Positions 46,177 to 57,252 of a stretch of 64,000 nt of DNA are shown in pieces. The stretch comes from Spirochaetales bacterium. GTDB lineage: Bacteria; Spirochaetota; Spirochaetia; JC444; Marispirochaetaceae. The stretch is from assembly GCA_016935695.1 (NCBI GenBank), contig JAFGQL010000173.1, forward strand, positions 1,735 to 65,734, written 5' to 3'. The stretch's first letter is position 1; each line of letters starts with the position of its first letter. Below the pieces are notes generated by a model. That model did not search any database, had not been told where the DNA came from, and was given only the letters and a program-made list of their open reading frames with translations. A program made the position numbers and the translations under genes.

Positions 46177-48234
46177 ATGCAGAATGTTATGGAGAAAAAC
46201 GTGAAAAAGAAAAGTTTTTTAGTTTTATTGTTATCAATTGTATGTACGGCTGCCATTTTGGCTGGTGGTGCGAGTGAGGGGGGATCCTCATCGACACACG
46301 GGAAGTATCTTGCTGGTAAGGGAACTATCGTTGAACCGGGCTATATTCATGAAGACGCATATATCGCCCAAATCGATTACGATTATCCCACTCCTGTTGA
46401 TAGAGATTTTGCCGTGTACGTCTATTCCGGTAATAGACAGCTGAGCAATATGGGGCAGCAGGAATATCTTCAAATTGGGTTAAAAGCTCGTAAAATGGAG
46501 TTTTCAGAACTGCCACCGATGAATCTGGCATTCGTTATCGATAGAAGCGGATCTATGAATAACAATGAAAAAATCGAATGGGTAAAGGATTCCTTTGAAT
46601 TGTTTATTGAAAAAGTCCGCGAGGTCGATTATGTATCGCTTGTAACATTCTCTAATGATGCGGATGTTGTTTTTAAATCTACAAAAATGAATTCGGAACG
46701 AAAGACCAAAAAGTTCCTTTCTGCTGTTGAGTCAATTGAAGCCGGCGGGGGTACTAACCTGACCGCAGGGCTTGAAGCCGGATACACTCAGGTTATGTCG
46801 AATTTTCGGGATGGATACATCAACCGTGTACTGTTTCTGACAGATGGAAGAGGCCCAAGTCAATGGCTTAGTGATATGGCCGAGACGTATAAAGCAATGG
46901 GCGTTAATGTCTCAACAATTGGGCTCGGCAGCGATTTCGATGTAAATCTGATGGTTGAACTGGCCAAGGCCGGAGGAGGCAGCAGCCGTTTTATCTCCGA
47001 CAGGGAAGTCATGAGAAAAACATTTTCCGATGAGCTTGACCGGATGGTGGTACCCGCGGCCCGAAATGTGCAAATCCGCGTCGAGTTCCCCGAGTATATC
47101 AAGTTGAGCGAAACCTGGGGATATAATAACACGGCGCTTGAAAACGGCGTTTTGTATTCGCTCCCGACAATTCATAACGGTGATTACGAAACCATACTTG
47201 CAGAAATTGACGTGCTTCCTTCGGTGAGGACCGGAATCAATGAAGTCGCCAGGGTAATTGTCGAATATGATTCCTTGTATGATCAGCATGTCGTATTGGA
47301 ACCTTCGGTTATCACCTCGGATTTTGTTTCAAGTCAGGTTCCTGTCTTCGGCGTATCGAATTATTCCATCTTGAAAGCATCCACGATGTTGTACGTGGCA
47401 AGGAGCATGAAAACAATAGGGGCTCAATATTATAGTACCCAGCGTCTGATTGAACGTTTGAATGAAGAAAAAAACAACATGTATCGGGATATCAAAAGTA
47501 CATCGGATTCGCAAACCATGAACGGACAGGAAGTATATGACAGCCTTACTTCCGATCAGATAAAGATTCTTGAATCTGAAATCAACACATCGTTTTTGAA
47601 TACCATTGAATACACAAGAAAAGCGAAGTCCATCGTATTGAATAACAGGATGAAACTGGATAACGAAGGGTTTGAAGACGAGCTGCTGATTTTGGACAAA
47701 TATATCGATATTCTCGCAAAGGATTTGAATGTTGCAGATACTGAAGTATCCGAGCTGAAAGAGCCTGTGGAGATTTACCCGGTTGTTGAAAACCGATCTC
47801 TGGATTCCTATCTCGGTAATCTTTTCAACGAGCTGTACTTGTCAATGAAACTGGATGCCGAGACCATAATCGCGGTGGCCCCCTTTCTGCAGTCAAGCGC
47901 CCATATGTCAGACTTTACCGAGTACGTGAATCAATCGGCGGTCATGTCTTTTTCACAGTCGGAAAACATAAAAATTGTTGACCGTTCAAGGTTGGAAGAT
48001 ATTCTTTCCGAACAAAAGATGGCGCTCGCCGGGCTCACCGATACCGAGAATGCACTCAAAATCGGGGAGCTGCTCTCTGCCCATTGTTTGGTAACGGGAA
48101 ACGTGATTCCGATGAAAGAATCGGTTGTGGTTTTCTCCCGTGCGTTGGACGTGGAGACCGGCGAGGTAATCGCCGTTTCTCAGGCGATTATTCCCAAATC
48201 CGATTCCATTTCTGCTATGATCAATGCGTTTTGA
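46177..48234 (+). CDS. von Willebrand factor A (YfbK-like) protein fused to a C-terminal CsgG/LpoB/FlgO-like module
   Basis: Signal/anchor KKKSFLVLLLSIVCTAAILAGG. VWA MIDAS motif LAFVIDRSGSMNNNEKIEW...GGGTNL...LFLTDG. C-terminal IKIVDRSRLEDILSEQKMALAGLT...IGELLSAHCLVTG. The start is uncertain (46177, 46189 or 46201). Confidence 0.75.
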   Translation: MQNVMEKNVKKKSFLVLLLSIVCTAAILAGGASEGGSSSTHGKYLAGKGTIVEPGYIHEDAYIAQIDYDYPTPVDRDFAVYVYSGNRQLSNMGQQEYLQIGLKARKMEFSELPPMNLAFVIDRSGSMNNNEKIEWVKDSFELFIEKVREVDYVSLVTFSNDADVVFKSTKMNSERKTKKFLSAVESIEAGGGTNLTAGLEAGYTQVMSNFRDGYINRVLFLTDGRGPSQWLSDMAETYKAMGVNVSTIGLGSDFDVNLMVELAKAGGGSSRFISDREVMRKTFSDELDRMVVPAARNVQIRVEFPEYIKLSETWGYNNTALENGVLYSLPTIHNGDYETILAEIDVLPSVRTGINEVARVIVEYDSLYDQHVVLEPSVITSDFVSSQVPVFGVSNYSILKASTMLYVARSMKTIGAQYYSTQRLIERLNEEKNNMYRDIKSTSDSQTMNGQEVYDSLTSDQIKILESEINTSFLNTIEYTRKAKSIVLNNRMKLDNEGFEDELLILDKYIDILAKDLNVADTEVSELKEPVEIYPVVENRSLDSYLGNLFNELYLSMKLDAETIIAVAPFLQSSAHMSDFTEYVNQSAVMSFSQSENIKIVDRSRLEDILSEQKMALAGLTDTENALKIGELLSAHCLVTGNVIPMKESVVVFSRALDVETGEVIAVSQAIIPKSDSISAMINAF

Positions 48235-48243
48235 AAATATGAG

Positions 48244-48277
48244 CCCCGCTCATTTCTTTTTAATGAGACGAGCGGGG
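48244..48277. terminator. possible bidirectional hairpin between convergent genes
   Basis: CCCCGCTC (48244-48251) pairs with GAGCGGGG (48270-48277). An alternative inner stem is CTCATT/AATGAG. Lies between the stops at 48234 (+) and 48287 (-). Confidence 0.35.
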
Positions 48278-48286
48278 AGGATTTGA

Positions 48287-49054
48287 TTACGCCGATTCCA
48301 TATCCCAGCGGAACGTCTTAACCGATACGACCCCGCAAATTCCGGCGATAGCCATCAGGATAATAACTCTGGCAATATGTTCAGTGAAGGCATCTCCCGA
48401 TGAAATGCCGTTGAGAAGCATTATGCCCTGCGACAGAGGCAATACGGCGGCAACCTTCTGAACACCCGGGGGAAACGCCTCGAAGGGTACCGTGGTTCCC
48501 GAGAGAAGCAGCATCGGGAAGTAGGCTATCGAGCAGTAGAGCCCGGCTTTTTTTGCGTCGGAAGCTACCGAGGCGATGCACAGTCCGATCGAGAATATGG
48601 AAACCAACACAAGAAGATATGCGGTGAAGAATAATACCGGCGAGCCTTCCGGTGCGTATTCGTAAAACACCACACCCGTCGCAGTGACCAGTAATGCCGA
48701 AAATATGGCTACTAATGCCTGAACGAACAACTGAACGCCGAGCAGCAGTGCCGGATGAGCCGGTGTCACCGCAAGGCGCTTGAGTATCTTTTTCTGGCGG
48801 TAGTCAGACAGAGTGAGGGGAAGTCCCATGAGCCCGACGGCGCAGATGCCGATGGCCAGATACGCGCCAAAACTGTTTCCGATCATTTCTGCGCCGCCTC
48901 CGTCCTTTCCGCCGTATATGATGCCGATGACGATGACTATCGCGATCGGCATCAGCAACCCGAACAGCACCATGTCGAAGCTGCGCAATGACAGTTTGAA
49001 TTCTGTCGCCGAGAGTACGACGAAGCGCTTTATTTTTACCAATAACAATCTCAT
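48287..49054 (-). CDS. ABC-2 type exporter permease
   Basis: 255 aa, six TM helices, 4-nt overlap with the upstream ATPase gene. Confidence 0.8.
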   Translation of the reverse strand: MRLLLVKIKRFVVLSATEFKLSLRSFDMVLFGLLMPIAIVIVIGIIYGGKDGGGAEMIGNSFGAYLAIGICAVGLMGLPLTLSDYRQKKILKRLAVTPAHPALLLGVQLFVQALVAIFSALLVTATGVVFYEYAPEGSPVLFFTAYLLVLVSIFSIGLCIASVASDAKKAGLYCSIAYFPMLLLSGTTVPFEAFPPGVQKVAAVLPLSQGIMLLNGISSGDAFTEHIARVIILMAIAGICGVVSVKTFRWDMESA

Positions 49055-49779
49055 ACTGAGGCCTCCATGATATTGACGTATGCTTCGTCGAGGTTTTTTC
49101 CTTTACCGGTTTCTATAAGTTCGCCAATGCTTCCTTCTGCTGCGATGGCTCCGTTTTTGAGCATCAACCCCCGTTTGCAGAGGGTTTCCACCTCGTCCAT
49201 GTAATGGGAGGTAAGGACAACTGCGGTGCCTTCTTCGCTCAACCCTCTGATGAACTTCCATACGTCTCTCCGGGCCAGAGGATCAAGGCCGGCGGTGAGT
49301 TCATCGAGAAACACTATTTCCGGTGCATGCATACAGGCAAGGAGTATCGACAGTTTTTGTCTCTCTCCGCCGGACAAGGTGGAAACCTGTGCCCGTTCCC
49401 GTTTCGCAAGGTCGAATTTTTCAAGCAGTGGACGCCAGTCCGGTTCCGGGTCGTATAGGCAGGCGGTAGCAGCGCAGATTTCCCCCACGCGGATTCCGTT
49501 CTGCCAGGCGGAATCCTGAAACTGTACGCCGGTCCGGGCGAACACCGCCCTGCGATGTTGCACCGGGTCCAGGCCCATAATCCGGATTCTTCCTTTGTCC
49601 ATACTCTTTGTGCCGAGGATGCATTCCAGTGATGTGCTTTTCCCCGCGCCGTTGGGACCGAGTATGCCGAAGATTTCCCCCGGTTCTACCGAAAACGTCA
49701 GTCCGTCGACAGCGTGCAGGGGGCCGTAATGTTTTACCAGTCCGTCGACAGTAAGTACCGGTTCGTGGGTTGTCTTCAT
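49051..49779 (-). CDS. ABC-2 type exporter ATP-binding protein
   Basis: Start taken at MKTTHEPVLTVDGLVKHYG (49779), which gives an ATGA overlap with the MerR gene stop. Walker A GPNGAGKST, signature LSGGERQK, Walker B VFLDELTAGLD. The 90-codon upstream extension in the track is rejected. Confidence 0.88.
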   Translation of the reverse strand: MKTTHEPVLTVDGLVKHYGPLHAVDGLTFSVEPGEIFGILGPNGAGKSTSLECILGTKSMDKGRIRIMGLDPVQHRRAVFARTGVQFQDSAWQNGIRVGEICAATACLYDPEPDWRPLLEKFDLAKRERAQVSTLSGGERQKLSILLACMHAPEIVFLDELTAGLDPLARRDVWKFIRGLSEEGTAVVLTSHYMDEVETLCKRGLMLKNGAIAAEGSIGELIETGKGKNLDEAYVNIMEASV

Positions 49780-50594
49780 GCTTTCCCTGCCTTTTTTACC
49801 GGCACCTGCACCTCTGTAAGCCAGTCGGCGGGGGTTTCCTTGTTCCATATCCCGTCTATGTAGCATTCGCGCGGATTGTCGGCCGGTTCCCAGCTGTTGT
49901 CGTTGATCCAGGAAAAAAGTGCATTGTAAGTGTGCGACAAGGTCTCGTAGGGGCCCCTGTGCTTCAGGCAGGCTGTTTCCTGCCACCCCTGTATTGTCTT
50001 GAATTTCACCTTGTCGGAATCCCGGCAGGGAGAGGTTACCGCCTCGCAAATTTCCGCGTCTATGTCGGTTTCCCTGTATTCTCCGTCATGGTAGATGGTA
50101 AAGCAGTACGCCGGTTCCCGGCATACTGCTCCGACAGACCGCATGTAGTCGCCCATTTCAGGTACGATATCAAAATACGTATCATAGCCGGGTACAATGG
50201 TGCGCATTGAGGCGACAATGACCTCGGGCAGGCTTTTTATGACGACAGATTCATTCATTCTTCGCTCTCCTTCGGCACGGGACAGGATGTCATCAATTCT
50301 GGCCAGGTTCCGCTTCTGTTCGTCTATTTCCCGGTTGAGCACCCTCTTGCGGTGTTTGAGCAATTCCGCCAAAGCTACGCTCCCCGAGTGGATGTCCTGT
50401 ATTTCCGCGAGGGTGAAGCCGAGACTTTTCAGTTCCAGAATGCGCTGAATGTCAGAAAGCTGACTGGGCTTGTAAAACCGGTAGCCTGTCCACTCGTCAG
50501 TGGCGGCGGGTTTAAACAGCCCTATCCTGTCATAGTGCCTGAGTGTTTTTGTGGTAATTCTGTTGATTTTCGAAAATTCGCCTATAGAATACAT
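49776..50594 (-). CDS. MerR-family regulator with a GyrI-like effector-binding domain (BmrR-like)
   Basis: Start at MYSIGEFSKINRITTKTLRHYDRIGL (MerR HTH), with GGAG 7 nt upstream. The C-terminal half looks like a GyrI-like/AraC-E-bind domain. Confidence 0.85.
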   Translation of the reverse strand: MYSIGEFSKINRITTKTLRHYDRIGLFKPAATDEWTGYRFYKPSQLSDIQRILELKSLGFTLAEIQDIHSGSVALAELLKHRKRVLNREIDEQKRNLARIDDILSRAEGERRMNESVVIKSLPEVIVASMRTIVPGYDTYFDIVPEMGDYMRSVGAVCREPAYCFTIYHDGEYRETDIDAEICEAVTSPCRDSDKVKFKTIQGWQETACLKHRGPYETLSHTYNALFSWINDNSWEPADNPRECYIDGIWNKETPADWLTEVQVPVKKAGKA

Positions 50595-50620
50595 ACATTC
50601 TCCGGTACCGTTTTGTAGTG

Positions 50621-50654
50621 AGTCTACAGATTGCCCTTGGGGAAAGGTCAAGGG
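50621..50654 (-). promoter_or_regulatory. MerR-type promoter with a 19-bp spacer and a dyad
   Basis: The minus strand reads TTGACC (50651-50646), a 19-nt spacer, then TAGACT (50626-50621). The inverted repeat CCCTTG-N9-CAAGGG (50634-50639 / 50649-50654) overlaps the -35 element and spacer. Confidence 0.55.
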
Positions 50655-50685
50655 GTAAAAATTCTTTTTTCTTTTTTCTGTTTCC

Positions 50686-50714
50686 TTGTCATCTAAAGCC
50701 CTGGGATTTATACT
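50686..50714 (+). promoter_or_regulatory. sigma70-like promoter of the MCP gene
   Basis: TTGTCA (50686-50691), a 17-nt spacer, then TATACT (50709-50714), about 35 nt upstream of the start codon. Confidence 0.5.
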
Positions 50715-50747
50715 GGTGGATACACATAACCTGCATGAGGAGTACCA

Positions 50748-52619
50748 ATGGTCCGTGCTGCCCGGTCTTACCGCATTTTGTCCATTATTAGTTCAACTGT
50801 CTATGTTCTGGTTGCCGTATTATCGGTTGTCTCGTTTCGGGACGGGAATACAGGTGTGAACCGCCTTTCCAGTCTTCTGTTTCTTATTGTCTGCGCCGGA
50901 TTCATAACCGGGGTATGCATTCTGATATGCCGGCTTGGGCGGGTGTTCTCTTTGGCTTTTCACGACAGCCAGCACAATGAGGATAGAAACGCGTCGAACC
51001 TTCTCTTGATAGGCGGAATTCCCCTCAAGGCAATGGCGAATTATTTGATTCTGCTGCTTGTGTATGTTGCGGCGTTTATTCCTCTCAGTGCAGGGCTCGG
51101 CCTTCGATCCTCCCAGACCCTCGGGTTTTCGCTCTATGTGTTTTCCTTCGGCCTCCTCGGCGCGTCTTTTGTCTTTATTCTTTCTGACCGGATTGTGGCC
51201 AAGGCTCTTTTAGATTATCGCATCGTACAGTATCCTCAGGCCCTGCGTGATAATAGACAATACCGGAAAATTCTCATCATTCCTGTGTTTATCTGTGTCA
51301 TGAGCCTGGTGTTCGCTGTTGCGGCGATTTTGCTGCACGGAGAGGTTTCCGGACTTGCGGATACGGCCGCCCGTTCCAGGATTTCCGCCACCCTCATAGG
51401 CGCGAGCGTCCTGTTTTTTCTGACAATCCTGGTGCTGGTTTTCAACTGGGGAAAGTCCACATCGTTTCTGTATTCCTCCATCATCCAACAGCTCGATCAG
51501 CTGTCCTCGGCAGAGAAAGACCTGAACAGGCGGATAAATATCAGTTCTGTGGATGAGCTCGGTTCAGTTTCGGGGCTGGTAAATGACTTCTGTGAAGGGC
51601 TTTCATCAAGCATAGGACAGATAAAGGAAGCCCAGGAAGAGCTCCTTGGTTTTGGCGAATCATTGAAAATGAGCGCCGGCGATACGGCTTTTGCGGTTGA
51701 GCGTATTTCCGATGCGATGAGAACTGTCCGGGAAAAATCTACGGTCCAGGAACAGAGTGTTGAACAGTCTTCCAGCGCTGTGGAGGAAATTGCAAAAAGC
51801 ATCGAAAGTCTTGAGTCCATGATCAGCGAACAGGCCACCAGCGTCACCCAGGCGTCGGCGTCAATCGAGGAAATGGTTGCAAATATCACGTCGGTTACGA
51901 CATCCATTGAGCGGATGGCGGAGCGCTTCGCCGGCCTGATTTCCTCGGCACACGAGGGGATTTCCGCCCAGACTGCTTCGCGAAAGAAAATTGACCAGAT
52001 TTCGTCGGGATCCGCGACGCTGTTGGAAGCGAATACGATCATTTCAACCATTGCAAGCCAGACGAACCTCCTTGCCATGAATGCCGCTATCGAAGCGGCC
52101 CACGCGGGAGACGCGGGCAGGGGTTTTTCGGTGGTTGCCGACGAGATACGGAAACTGGCCGAGACAGCCGCGGTCCAGACAAAGAAAATCAGTACGGAAA
52201 TACGGCAGGTCCAAAAGGCAATTACCGACGCGGTCTCTACATCCCAGGCCTCCGAGGACGCGTTTTCCCGGGTTTCCGGCCAGATCGGCGAAACCGAGAC
52301 CCTGGTTCAGGAAGTGCACCACGCAATGCTTGAGCAGAAAGAAGGCAGCGCCCAGGTGCTTGAGGCCCTTCAGGTGATGAACGAACTCACCTCCCGGGTT
52401 CAGGCCTCGTCCAGGGAAATGAGCGCCGGCAACGCGACTCTTCTGAAAGAGATCGGCGCCCTGCAGATTTCCACCGGAGACATAAGCCGGAGTATCGACG
52501 AAATGTCCGACGCCTATGAAGGGATCGCCAAAGGAGCACAGGAGTCCTCCCAGACCGCCGCAAAGACTCTGGACCACATTCGCACCGTACAGAAAGCCGT
52601 AGACGGGTTCAGGACTTAA
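50748..52619 (+). CDS. methyl-accepting chemotaxis protein with a polytopic N-terminal membrane domain
   Basis: Multiple N-terminal TM helices, HAMP domain, then the MCP signalling domain with the conserved hairpin [41 protein letters not shown]. Confidence 0.9.
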   Translation: MVRAARSYRILSIISSTVYVLVAVLSVVSFRDGNTGVNRLSSLLFLIVCAGFITGVCILICRLGRVFSLAFHDSQHNEDRNASNLLLIGGIPLKAMANYLILLLVYVAAFIPLSAGLGLRSSQTLGFSLYVFSFGLLGASFVFILSDRIVAKALLDYRIVQYPQALRDNRQYRKILIIPVFICVMSLVFAVAAILLHGEVSGLADTAARSRISATLIGASVLFFLTILVLVFNWGKSTSFLYSSIIQQLDQLSSAEKDLNRRINISSVDELGSVSGLVNDFCEGLSSSIGQIKEAQEELLGFGESLKMSAGDTAFAVERISDAMRTVREKSTVQEQSVEQSSSAVEEIAKSIESLESMISEQATSVTQASASIEEMVANITSVTTSIERMAERFAGLISSAHEGISAQTASRKKIDQISSGSATLLEANTIISTIASQTNLLAMNAAIEAAHAGDAGRGFSVVADEIRKLAETAAVQTKKISTEIRQVQKAITDAVSTSQASEDAFSRVSGQIGETETLVQEVHHAMLEQKEGSAQVLEALQVMNELTSRVQASSREMSAGNATLLKEIGALQISTGDISRSIDEMSDAYEGIAKGAQESSQTAAKTLDHIRTVQKAVDGFRT

Positions 52620-52654
52620 GCGGCTGCTGTGGTATATTCTACCGTGGAGGCGCT

Positions 52655-53173
52655 ATGAAACATGTTCCTTTCAAGGCAGGCATCCTTGTTGCATTCCTGG
52701 TTTTTTCTCATGGTCTTTATGCCCTTGGATCCCGGGAGGCTGACGGCCACCGGTTTTCCAACAAGAGTCTGGAGCGGATCCTCAACGGCCGCGGCGACGT
52801 ATCTGTCATGGCAAAAGCCCTCCGGGATACCGGGCTGTATGAAAGCATGGCGGAGCTGGACGGATATACCCTTTTTATACCCACCAATGAGGCAGTGGAA
52901 AAAATGGCCCCGCGTCTGAGGGAAGCGATGATCCAACGGCCGGATGTACTGTCCCAGGTGATCCGGGACATCATGGTGAAAGGAGTCTTTTCGGCAGATG
53001 AACTTGCAGGCCGTACTTCGGTCACGACCATGGGAGGGATTACCCTGGAAATAGAACAAAAAGGACGGGGTTTGATGGTCGGCGGTTCCGATATGGCACG
53101 TAAAGATGTGTTCGGCGACGGATTTGTGGTGCATATTGTGTCCGGTATCGTGGTGCGGGATATCCGCCTGTAG
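52655..53173 (+). CDS. fasciclin (FAS1) domain protein, secreted
   Basis: Signal peptide. TLFIPTNEAVEKM and FVVHIVSGIV motifs of FAS1. The equally long antisense ORFs are rejected. Confidence 0.82.
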   Translation: MKHVPFKAGILVAFLVFSHGLYALGSREADGHRFSNKSLERILNGRGDVSVMAKALRDTGLYESMAELDGYTLFIPTNEAVEKMAPRLREAMIQRPDVLSQVIRDIMVKGVFSADELAGRTSVTTMGGITLEIEQKGRGLMVGGSDMARKDVFGDGFVVHIVSGIVVRDIRL

Positions 53174-53284
53174 TTTTTACTTACAAAGGATATACACTCC
53201 ACGGCGACACGAAGACGGGTTCCCGATATCCTGTATGTCCAATTCTTTGTTAAACCAAGGAAAGTGCTGTCATGAGGGCATCCT

Positions 53285-53334
53285 TTGATTTTCCAATAAT
53301 GTATTATATACTGAGTTGTACTGAGGGTACTCAG
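53285..53334 (+). promoter_or_regulatory. candidate katG promoter with a Fur/PerR-like palindrome and a TACTGAG repeat triplet
   Basis: TTGATT (53285-53290), a 16-nt spacer, then TATACT (53307-53312). The palindrome ATAAT-GT-ATTAT (53296-53307) lies inside the spacer. TACTGAG at 53309 and 53319, and TACTCAG at 53328, recur about 10 bp apart. Confidence 0.45.
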
Positions 53335-53361
53335 ATTTCAGTCCCTGCGACAGTAATATGA

Positions 53362-55638
<2,277 letters not shown>

Positions 55639-55698
55639 TACGAATAGAAGCACAGGAGGAAAACCGTCGCCTTGAATAAGGGTGACCGGAATGTATAT

Positions 55699-56112
55699 AT
55701 GAAACAGATGCTTCTCATCATGGCCGGTAGCGCGTCTTTGTCATTAGGGGTTGTCGGTATTTTCCTCCCGGTCCTGCCGACTACACCCTTTCTTTTACTT
55801 TCTGCCGCCTGTTATCTGCGGAGTTCCAGACGCTTATATTCGTGGCTGATCAATCATCCGGTGCTGGGACTCTATATCCGTTCGTACATTGAATACGGGG
55901 CCATCAGCAGAAAAGCGAAAATTGTTTCGATTGTCATGCTGTGGCTTGTCATTACATCCACTGCGGTTTTTTTTATCGACTTCCTGTGGCTCCGGATTGT
56001 ACTTGTGTGCATCGCGATAGGAGTGACGGTATACCTTCTAAGCAAAAAAACCCTCACCAAAGAGATGCTCATACAAAACATGGGGGACCGGGACGGAAAT
56101 GCCGGCGTTTAA
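55699..56112 (+). CDS. ybaN: YbaN/DUF454-family inner membrane protein
   Basis: GVVGIFLPVLPTTPFLLLSAACYLRSSRRLYSWL is the family signature as I know it. About 137 aa. Confidence 0.75.
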   Translation: MKQMLLIMAGSASLSLGVVGIFLPVLPTTPFLLLSAACYLRSSRRLYSWLINHPVLGLYIRSYIEYGAISRKAKIVSIVMLWLVITSTAVFFIDFLWLRIVLVCIAIGVTVYLLSKKTLTKEMLIQNMGDRDGNAGV

Positions 56113-56172
56113 CTGATATTTATCAGCGTGTTCCTATGGAAGTACACCGTTCTAATATGATAGGTTGATTAC

Positions 56173-57252
56173 ATGAGGTATCAGCATCTATCGGCCCCGA
56201 TCCGCATCGGCGGCCTTTCTCTTTCAAACAGGATTGTTATGCCGCCCCTGGTCATCTGGGCCTCGGACCAAAGCGGTCTTGTAAACGAAACCCATTTGAA
56301 CCATTACCGCGAACGCAAAGGACCGGGACTGGTGATTGTGGAGGCTACAGCTGTGTCTCCCGAAGGCAGGCTGAAGGGCTCCCAGTTGTGTCTGTTCAAC
56401 ACTGCACAGGCACAAGGGTTGGAGCGGCTTGCAGAGGTCATCAGACGCAACGGATCGGTCCCGGGCATTCAGCTGCATCATGCCGGGGGAAAAACCAGGA
56501 GTGAGTACCTCTACGGCGAAACACCTCTCGTGCCCTCGGCTTCCCGGTATCCTTCCGGCCAGTCCTGCAGGGAGCTTTCCCGCCCGGATATTTCCCGTAT
56601 TCAGGAGGACTTTGTCCGTGCGGCCCGGACGGCAGCGGATATCGGGTATGAATATATTGAGCTTCATGGGGCCCACGGTTATCTGGGCTGCCAGTTTTTA
56701 TCCCCAAAAACCAATGCAAGGAACGACGAATACGGTGGCAGCCTTTCCAACCGGCAGCGGTTTTTACTTGAGTGTTACGAAGCGGCGGCCCGGGAGGTCG
56801 GCAGCCGGGCGCTGGTAACCGTCCGGCTCGGGGCAGCGGAAAACAACGGCTTGACTCTGGATGAAGGTATAGACACTGCCCGGCGTTTATCCCTTCTTGG
56901 CGCGCCTCTTCTTCATGTATCCAACGGTCACGATGTGCCATCAGAACCGCCGTTGCCGGGGAGTCCTTATTCTTCCATCATGCAGCTGGGGATTTCCGTC
57001 CGGCAGCAGACGGGAATTCCGGTCATAGGCGTAGGCGGTGTGACCGACCCTTCGGATGCCGAATCTCTGATTGCCGATGGTCTTGTTGATCTGGTAGCGG
57101 TCGGGAAGGGAATCCTTGCCGATCCAGAGTGGGCGATGAAAACCCTTGAGGGCAGAGAGGACAGCATTGTGTCCTGTATAGGCTGCAGTCCGTGCCGGTG
57201 GTTCTCCGACCCCGGCTCCTGTCCTGCAGTAAAAAAACGAGGCGCGGTATGA
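56173..57252 (+). CDS. NADH:flavin oxidoreductase (Old Yellow Enzyme family) with a C-terminal Cys cluster
   Basis: N-terminal LSNRIVMPPL...VIVEATAVSPEGR and central IELHGAHGYLGCQFLSPKTNARNDEYGGS are OYE motifs. The protein ends with CIGCSPCRWFSDPGSCP (a four-Cys Fe-S-like motif). There is no following FAD/NAD domain. Confidence 0.82.
   Translation: MRYQHLSAPIRIGGLSLSNRIVMPPLVIWASDQSGLVNETHLNHYRERKGPGLVIVEATAVSPEGRLKGSQLCLFNTAQAQGLERLAEVIRRNGSVPGIQLHHAGGKTRSEYLYGETPLVPSASRYPSGQSCRELSRPDISRIQEDFVRAARTAADIGYEYIELHGAHGYLGCQFLSPKTNARNDEYGGSLSNRQRFLLECYEAAAREVGSRALVTVRLGAAENNGLTLDEGIDTARRLSLLGAPLLHVSNGHDVPSEPPLPGSPYSSIMQLGISVRQQTGIPVIGVGGVTDPSDAESLIADGLVDLVAVGKGILADPEWAMKTLEGREDSIVSCIGCSPCRWFSDPGSCPAVKKRGAV

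Noticed and set aside
49780-50049. A 90-codon N-terminal extension of the ABC-2 ATPase ORF. Similar upstream extensions occur in the ORF track at 11805-11885, 16867-16917, 37727-37855, 50595-50651, 53395-53445 and 62337-62387.
   Set aside because: The extensions overlap upstream genes or lack RBSs. Internal starts give canonical N-termini, RBSs or ATGA/GTGA coupling. I therefore used the shorter coordinates.
52616-53134. A 172-aa minus-strand ORF, exactly as long as the plus-strand fasciclin ORF it overlaps (plus a third ORF at 52717-53202).
   Set aside because: The plus-strand product has a signal peptide and FAS1 motifs (TLFIPTNEAVEKM, FVVHIVSGIV). The antisense products have no features. 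The equal length is coincidental.
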